64,000 bases of DNA from Podarcis liolepis (Eukaryota). Under the pieces are notes generated by a model. It searched no databases. It saw only the letters and a list, made by a program, of their open reading frames with translations, and was not told the origin of the DNA. Location of the stretch: assembly GCA_965112155.1 (NCBI GenBank), contig OZ218099.1. One strand, written 5' to 3'. Below are positions 39,201-48,200 of this stretch, piece after piece. How positions within the stretch are numbered: the first letter of the stretch is position 1; every line of letters starts with the position of its first letter. The position numbers and the translations under genes were made by a program.

Positions 39201-42200
39201 TGAAGATTTAAAAGGACCTTGTTTATACTTCCCTTCCAGGGTGTGGTATGTCACCATATTTTAATCTCCTGATTTCCCAAGGAGATTAATAGCACATATT
39301 GTGCAGAGCAGGCATTTCCCTTTTTATTTTCTCCTCAGGCACAACTTTATTTACTATTTTTTATTATTTCTAAACAGGGGATATATAGTGTTGCTTCATG
39401 TTGGCCTCTCATTGTCCAGATACCTTATTATGATTGCTAATGGTTTATGTTCTATAACAGTGCTGTGCCACTACCCTCCCAGAAGGAGCACCATTGCTGC
39501 TTACTGGGATGGTGCAGGGGCAGCGTGGAGGCAGGATCAGGGCTTGGATTGGCTCTGCCAGTTCACCCTTCCAACTCCAACCTCACTGCTACCCTGCCCA
39601 TCCCAGAAGGCAACACTGACGTTGCTCCCAGAAGGGCAGCAGAGTGACCCCGCCCCAGCCACTTCTGCCTGGAATGATAAAAAACCAAGAGAGAATTCCT
39701 GGCTTCGAAATGAAAAGTTTGCAGTAGTGTGGTGGAGGACAGGAAGGGCAACTTCTTTAGCCCCAAACAGGCTCTTGTTATACATTTCAATAGGCATCCT
39801 GTGGGGAATTGCAGTCTTTTTTTGTGAAAGGCTCGAAAAGCAACCTTTTGGAAAAACGCCAAACCACAATACAGGCTTTGGAGGAAAAAGGGGCTGGGGA
39901 GCAACCATTTCCATACAGAAAACTGTGATCTATTTTATGGTCCGCATTTCTGAAGTAACATGAATATAACACATGCCATACTTTTCTTTGAGAGACAACA
40001 TTAATGGGGCATATTTGCTGGACATATTAAATTGGCTAGAAATGACACTTGGGAAGAACCTGTGGAGGCTTGCTTCATTTCATCCCAACTGGCAATGCCC
40101 ATGCTATGTATCACTGATCCATTGTTGGGACACTGCTGGCTATAGCCTGCTTCCTAGGGTATTCTAACCCATCCCCTTTCCCTGATGCCCCTCACCTGAC
40201 TGCTGCACTCGACCCCCTTCTTTCCACTGCCATACCTGCACCTCATTCCTACTGCCCATCTCCTCCTCCACTGAATTGCAACCCAAGTCACTGCTCCATT
40301 GTGGAATTCCTAAAAGAGGGAAATTCCAATCACCATGCATCATGGATACCCAGGTTACTAGGTGACTGGGATGGGCACCCTTCATTCAAGCTGTCCTTGG
40401 ATGTATTTCTTCCCAAAGTCAAGCTGTACAGCAGGTGTCACTGGATGATCTGTTTTGCATTGCTGTTTATTTCTGGTGTCAATCTGTGGGAAAGAACCTG
40501 ATGCTGAAAGCTTTTAGGGCTCAAAAACAATAGAAAGTGATATGAAAAGCTGCCTTGTTTAGACAACTGTTGACAAATGGCAGTATTGTACAGTGGGGAG
40601 CAGGGCCCTATAGATCCTCCTGTCCAGAGCAGTGTCATCTCTGCATGTAGGCTCTTTGGGCTTCCCTATCCCTTGAAGTTGTTGGTCCTTTTTGTATTAT
40701 ATAATTGGTGCCTCTGTCTGGCAGAGTCTGCCTTGGATGACCTGGACCTGAACGAATTCGGAGTGGCTGCCCTGGAGAAGACATTTGACAGCAGCTCGGT
40801 GCCCCACACGAGTGGCATCATGATAGGTACATGAAAGCAACAGAGCTTTCTTTGATCTTCTGCCAAGCAGGGTTCGCCCCATCAGCTGGCTGAAGCAGCC
40901 TAACAAGCTCTCAAAACCAGTCCTAACATTATATGTTGGTATGCGGCCAATGGGAGACCTTGGAGCAAAAGGGCTCTCATTGACTAGCAGATTGGAAATT
41001 TATTCCACTGGTTTCAGATGTCCCAGTTATGTTTATGAAATTGACATGGCTTATTTGACACACTAAACATGTTTATGAAATTATGACATGAACATTTCAC
41101 GGAGGGGGGGCGGGAAGTCATTTTAAAATAATGAGAAACAAATTGGATTGTTTTCACTGTTCTGCTGTCACAGGACCATGGCAAGACATTATCGCCACAC
41201 ATTGACAAACTACCGCATATGTATCTCATCATTTGTATGTGGTCATTTCAAACCAGCGTCCATTTTGTGTGTGTGTCTGGTTGCTCAGGTGAAAATAGTC
41301 CTTACAACCTTGGTCCCCTATTGTAAGACTCCCATAATGCATTTACTCAGGTTGTTGTTATTTTTTGGTGAACTAAGCCACATGCAAATTGGTAGGTGCG
41401 TGACTCGCTATTTCCGCTCATGCTGTCTGAACTCTGTCTCTGAATGGCATAGCCATCAGCTTAAACCTGATCCTCCATGGTGCCAGATGTTGTATGTTGC
41501 AGACCATTGCAGAATGCTCCGCAATGGCCTTCCATCAATACACAATTCTATTTCACCACATCCTGCCCTCAATATTGGTTCAGATTTGAGCAGTAGCACA
41601 AATCAGAATGACTTTCCACATACCCAAGTGATCAAGTCTGCTTTCACAAAAACCAAAGAGGTAGAATTCAGCATGAGACAATTCTGCACTGGTATTGTGC
41701 CTATGCTTATTCTGGCTAAAACAATTTGGAAGTGTTTACGGTGCAGACATCACAGTTCAAGATAGGAGTCCAAATAGGGTCCAAATAATGCTTTTCATGC
41801 AACATAGACACAGTGTTGGTTCCCGTGAAGGTAACTGCCCTTTTAATGATGGTTGCAAAGACTGTGCTCCTCAGATTATCAGTAAACTGATTGAGGGCTC
41901 TAGTTTTGTGGGCAGCACCTTGTATCACAGTCCTCCTGAGTTGACTTAGAATAACACGTTGGTTACGTCTATTGTAACTCTGCCTAGGTTAGAAGGAGGA
42001 TGGAGAGTTCTATGGCATGTAAGAGTCCCTCCCCAGGCCATCCTAGAAGCACTCTAATTTCTGAATCTAATTTCTGAACTGGTGCTGCTGTGCATTTTCA
42101 AGCTTTATAAACATGAGGGGTAAAAACTGAGTTTTCAAAGAATGAAACCTGAGATTCTTATTATTCTGACAACATTAGCAACTCCCATGCTACTGAGTTT

Positions 42201-45200
42201 GATTCCTCTGAGCTCCTCTGTTGTTCAGATTGGGAGGTGATTTCCCCCATTCTCTTTCCTGTAGATCTAGCAGAAATAATTATGGTGTTGAAATTTAATG
42301 ATCTGATCTTCTCAGACATCTTTTTACTGAAGAGTATAGTTTTTTACAGGTGTATTAAAAATGAAGGTTGTAATTTGCCCCATTGAATTTGTGGCTTCTC
42401 CCTTGACTTTGAATATCGAGAAACGGCCCCATTTGCTGTTGTTTAACTGATATTAAGAACATAACTTACATCCCTAATATTGGGGTTGGGGAGGGGTTTG
42501 AACTTACAGAAATATTTTTGGCAGGATATGTAATGTGATGGGGAAATATATTTTTAACTAGTACAATAGCCCTTGGAAATGTAGTTGCTTAATCCATGTG
42601 ATATGATGGACACATGTTTTCTTGTTCCTGTGAAAAGAGTCTTAAAGATGCCCATTATCACCATCGCTGGCCACTTCTTTGTTTTAGAGAAATGCAGCCT
42701 CTTGCACTAATAAACAGTGGAGATAGTGCAAAAGCAATTTAGTTTAAACATGCATAATTTGAATTAGTTTATTGTCATTGTGGAGAGACAGATGAAAAAA
42801 GCTGTCTAAATGCCTCTCTTGACAGTCCCTTAAACTCTTAAATGACCCCCTTGTATGTTGGAGTACAGTTGACACTGTCCATATGTCCTATTTTGCACAG
42901 TTAACACCCAAGAAAGTTGCTACTGTACCTTCCTCGGCCAGAGGAACAGTTCTCATAATGCTCTTTCTGAAGGTAAAGAGGGATGGAAAGTGGAGAAAAC
43001 CCCCGGACTCCCCCGTCCTTTACTGGTGCAGAGAGTGAAGCAAACACCTGCTGTTCAAATTCCTGTGCTGTGCTTCCACTCATAACTCATGGCTTCTACA
43101 TTCCCATCCTTTCTGTGTGTTCTTTGTCCAGGTGGGAGTTTGCTGCAAAGTTCTGCTCCTGTAAATATCCCTGGGTCCCTTGGAAGTTCTGCCTCCTTTC
43201 ACTCTGCCTCTCCTTCTCCACCGGTCAGCTTATCATCGCATTTCCTCCATCAGCCCCAGGGACACTTAAGCCAATCAGAAAACACATTCCTGGGGACATC
43301 AGCTTCTCATGGATCATTAGGTAAATGCCCAGTGCGTATGTGAGAGTGTGCATGTGAACATGTACATACCTGTCTATACCATGTAAGTATTTTCCTTTTA
43401 TCTTAGCTTTCATTTAAATGTCCTCATTTTGTGTTGCCACCTAACATATCTTGTGCCCAATGCCTATCAGATGAGGAAGAATTCACTAAGCCTAAGGACA
43501 TCCCAGAAAGAATTTCCCTGCACAAAATAACCAAACAACAGATGAGTTAAAATAGTTTGTGACATCCATACAACAAAGAGCAAATGTAGCAAAACACATT
43601 AGGAAAAGTTAAGCAAATTCCAAATGTGTAAGGATGACCCAAGAGTTAAATTCACAGAAGGTAGACTTTCTGCAGCTAAGAGAAGGAGGCAGATAGTCTC
43701 AACAGTAGCTCAGTAGATGGATGAGCATATATTAACCACAGCAGTAGCGTCTCATCAACAGAGTTGCTGCTGTTTACCAGGAGAGGGAAGGGTAGAGGTG
43801 AAGTCAGGGCTGTGTGAACACACCAGCAGGAGCACTGGTTTGGCCCAACCAATTTGTCTGCACAAATCTTACTACCACCTCGCTTCTCCTGGCAAACAGC
43901 AGTGACTCTGCTGCTCAGAGGCTGCTGTGGCTCCATCCCACTGGGCAAGACACTCCTGCATTACAGAGTATCAACAATCATAGAAAAAGGTTCAAATATG
44001 TGATACCATTCTCAATTAGCTTCTGATGCACTTGGAATAGTTGACTTTTTCAGGTTTAGACCTCTTAGTCATACCTGGTCAGTTATAGCTAACAGACATG
44101 AGCTCTGAAAATCAGATACTTGCAAGCCTATCAGAGGCTAAATATTTTATCTTTTCCTAAACAGTTTCCAAAAGACTCCTGGGGTTGTATCCAAAACATT
44201 TTTACTTGTACAGTGGGACTTCTCCCTACCCCCTTTGCTCCCTAAATCTGTTCTAGGGGTTTCCTCAACCCTCCAGAGTAGATTTAGGGAGCAGAGTGAC
44301 AGGCAGGTTAAGCATTGGCTCCATTTAAGAAGACATGATTATACAAATGAATCTTTACAACCTGGGGGGTAGCTATAGTATCTATAAATGGAAGCACCTC
44401 AGAAAATTCAACACTTGGCATTTGCTGAATGTCCTATGGACGGTACAGCATAGAAGTGTGCCTGTCTCTGGTAAAGAGGTTTAAAGTCTAGGCAGGACAC
44501 ACAGGAGAGAATAAGGTAAATGACAAAGCAGTGTGCAGGAAGTATGTGGGAAGAATTAAGAACTAGGTACTTGTTTTTATGTGTTTAATCACGTCTTGTC
44601 TATCATCTGTATAACCACCCGCTTGGTGCATTATATTGCAAGTGGTAAATGTGTACATGTTTGATTTTATTTACCCTGCCCTTCAACTACTATCAGGAGT
44701 AGCTTACAAAAAAATAAAATTATACTAATTTTACAATAAGCATCTTGTGCATGTGTAGACTCAATTCAGATCATGGCCTAATTGTAAGCCAAACCACGGG
44801 CATCTGCATTATTGACGCTCATTAGGCTGGCTATCAGTTGAAAATGTGTTTTCAATAAGCAGTTTTGCTATATATTTTTTACTCCTCTATTAAAATGTAT
44901 TCCTGCAAAAAAATAGCATGCATACATAGAAAACATTAACACAATAGCAAGCCAGGGTCTTTAAATAAAGCAAAACATACAGCATTTTAAGAAGCAGAGT
45001 TAGCTTTTATAAGTGATAGAGTATTTTTATTGTTTTATATCATCTTCTGCAGTAGCATGTGCCCTTGACCTGGTTCCTCTGCTGTGACCTAATTTATAAC
45101 ACGGCCATGGCTGGAATCAGGATGAGCTCACACTAGCCATGCTGCTTAATAAATCAGTGTGGTGAGCAGTGCTTTAGTTCCACAGGAAAAACTAAACTGT

Positions 45201-48200
45201 GATGGGTAATTCAGTGTGAAGAAGAAAGCTTTAATAAAAACACCTAGAATAGTATTGCAGATATTTTTCTACTGCAGCTTATTCTACCGGAGCATATTTT
45301 TGTAGGAAATACACTTTATTTTATCTATTTAACAAAATTGGCATGCCATTTGATTGCAGTAAGCCCTCTAAGTGGTTTACAAGAATACATAATTTGTTAT
45401 GACAGAATAAGAGCAGCAGTAGTGGTGTGTCGGGTGGGGTGGAGCTGCAAGGGCACACTTCTGGCACCAGTGTTGCTGCCTGCGAGTGGCTGGGATAAGT
45501 TGAGGCTGTGCAGGCACACCAGCAGGAGCACTCGACTGGCTCCGCTGGTGCTGCCACGCAGCCTGATTTCAGCCTTATCCAAAAGGAGCAGCTCCACCCC
45601 ATCACATGGAGCACTACTGGAGAGCACTCTCTGTTGCTCCACAGACTTTGTGGATCTATTTGCAACCTACCCTTTGTATGTGTGAGCTCTGGCAGAAAAC
45701 AGCAGCAGAAGAAACTGTATCCAATTTATTCCCACCTGGTTTGAGATGGCGAGCCATTTTGCATTATTTGGAGCGGAAAAAGCAGGTGTAAGACTCAGCT
45801 GGGAACCTCAGCCAATCCCTGCCACTGGGGTTATACAGGTGTTTTTGCAATCATATGTTCGTTGCACAGTACATTTTTAAGCACTCTCATAAAAATGTAA
45901 ACTGTGCAGTGAGCTTTATTTCTCTTAGTATCAAACTCTGCCTTATTCTAATAAAGAATAATAAAAATCTGAGGGCCAGCTGTTCTGATGTGAAGTGAGC
46001 TGGTTCCTCAGGTGAACTTCTGAGTAAGATCAGCAAAGGCACAGATTTGGACACGAAAAATGGCTTAGTGCTGGTTTGTACTGAAGAACTTCACGTGGTG
46101 AATAGATCTTAAGTATTGCAATTGTAGATTCTTATACTAATGTATTCAAATCACATATGGGTTTGGTTTGTTAAAACAATTCTAATTCTGATCAAAACAA
46201 AATGGTGTAATATTAGAGAAAAATCTTTCAAAAGTAGAAGTGTGAATTGCAAGAATGTTTGGAATAAGATCTAATTAGATTGATTAATGAAGTTACAAGA
46301 TTAATGGCTAAGGGCTTTTTAAAAACAATCCACACACAGGTTTTGCTGTTTAACCAGGCCTCTGCTTATACTGGCAGTTTCTAGCATATCTGTTTTAGTT
46401 GCGCTGTGGCCAGTGTCTCACGCGGAGCTCTTCCCTGTGTGGTGCATCTAAGCCTGTATCTCTCTGCACAGCAGTTACAGGTTAGATGCAGCACAAAGTG
46501 CTCAGGAGCACTCTTGGAACCAGCATGCCATGTGTCATATTTTTTAAATGTAGAGAATATTTACCGTGTTGCCATTTCTTCTGTGTAAGCTGGAGTGACA
46601 AACAGTAACTCTGCAGGTACATGAATGTCTCTCCCCAGAATCCCCAAATGAATCAATGCCCTGTGAAATATCGAACCATTTCATTCCCTTTCCAAAACAG
46701 TGCCGGGCAAGGAAAGGGGTAATCCAGGAATATATGTGACGTAACATTTCCCCCCTTCCTGTCTGCATGAAACAGGTTTAAACGGGATGAACAGCAGCAT
46801 ATGGGAGCACTTTGCTTCTGGAAGTTTTTCACCCAGTACCTCGCCTGCATTTCTGTCGGGTCCAGGTGCTGCTGAGCTGGCCAGGCTGCGGCAGGAATTG
46901 GATGAAGCTAACAGCACAATAAAGCAGTGGGAAGAATCTTGGAAACAAGCCAAACAGGTAGCGTCCACTGGGAGGAGTGAGTGAGAGTGGTTTGCCAGGA
47001 TACTAATGGGCAAAAGCATCCACCTAACAGCTGAATAAATAGTTTGAGGGTCCAAAAATAATATACAAAGTCAGATTTGGTGTGTGTTATACTGTAACAT
47101 AGTTCCTTCACAGCAGACATGGGGTTTTGTTTGTTTTTCTTTTTTAGCTCTTATCAATGGAGAAAGAAACCGATTGATACCTTAGATATGCTGAGGAGTA
47201 GGTGGCAAATTGTAATAGGATTTGAAAATGTTCATGCCAAGGTTGCTAGTGTTCCTCTAGGAGTATTGGCTTTTTTCCAGTTGTATCTGAACACACCTTT
47301 CCAATTGTCCCAAGCTTTTTGATTTATGTATCCCCTGAAAATTGATATGCTCACCTTTTTGTAGTAATGCTCTAATTATTTTGAGGTTAGTAGCTGTGCA
47401 CTGAAAGAATGGTAAGCCCCTCCTTCTGCATTCAAGATGCTTTGTAAATGTTCTCCCTCTGGGGATGTACGTTTCCACCCTGCTCTGGCCAGGTTGGCTA
47501 ACAAGACTAGGGTGGGTGTGAATATATGCTTTTTGTTAAACTGTTCCCATAACTAGATTGAGACAGATGGATTGCATTTAGTAAATTGTTCCCTGAGCTG
47601 GTGTTAGGCGCTGGAGTCAGACATAGGTCAGCAATAAAACAATAAAGCACCCGATTCCAGTGAAGTTAATTCATTATTCAAAGAAACAAAACAGCTCAGT
47701 CCTAGTGATCACAGCAACCCTTCCCAGTAGGTCTTGCCCTAATGAGGCAGTTGTGAGGACTGAAAGTCCCTGCCTTCCCTCTGCTCTCCAAGGCTCCTCC
47801 TCCGGTTGTTTCCCCACCAGCCTAAGGCTTTGCCACCTTGTATCTCATTGCTCTGCTCTCTTGATTGCTCTGTGTGGTCTGGGAGACCACGAGGGACGGG
47901 AGCTGGTTGCAGTAGGAGAGGAAGACTCCCTGGCTTCTTCTGCAGCCTGCCCCTACTCTGCCTCTTGACCCCACTCTGCCTCTGCTTCTGCTTCTGCTTC
48001 TGGAGTGCTCTCTGCCACAGCCTCTTCCTGCTCACTAAACCCTGTGGCCTCTTCAGCTTCCAACACCTCCTCCTCCTCCCAGTTTGCTTCCGCTTCTCCC
48101 TCTGACCATACGTTGTTGTCCCTGTTGTCCCACCACCAATCCCCTGGCTGTGAGCTTTCTTGCCCTGGGGGTTCCTTTGGGACCACTCTTCTGTATCCAG

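Noticed and set aside
39301-39963. 220-aa ORF in UNK intron 11
   Set aside because: GTG start, no recognisable domain and no convincing splice sites; likely a chance frame.
41148-41765. 205-aa ORF in UNK intron 12
   Set aside because: TTG start and no protein family signature; at most a degraded LINE remnant.
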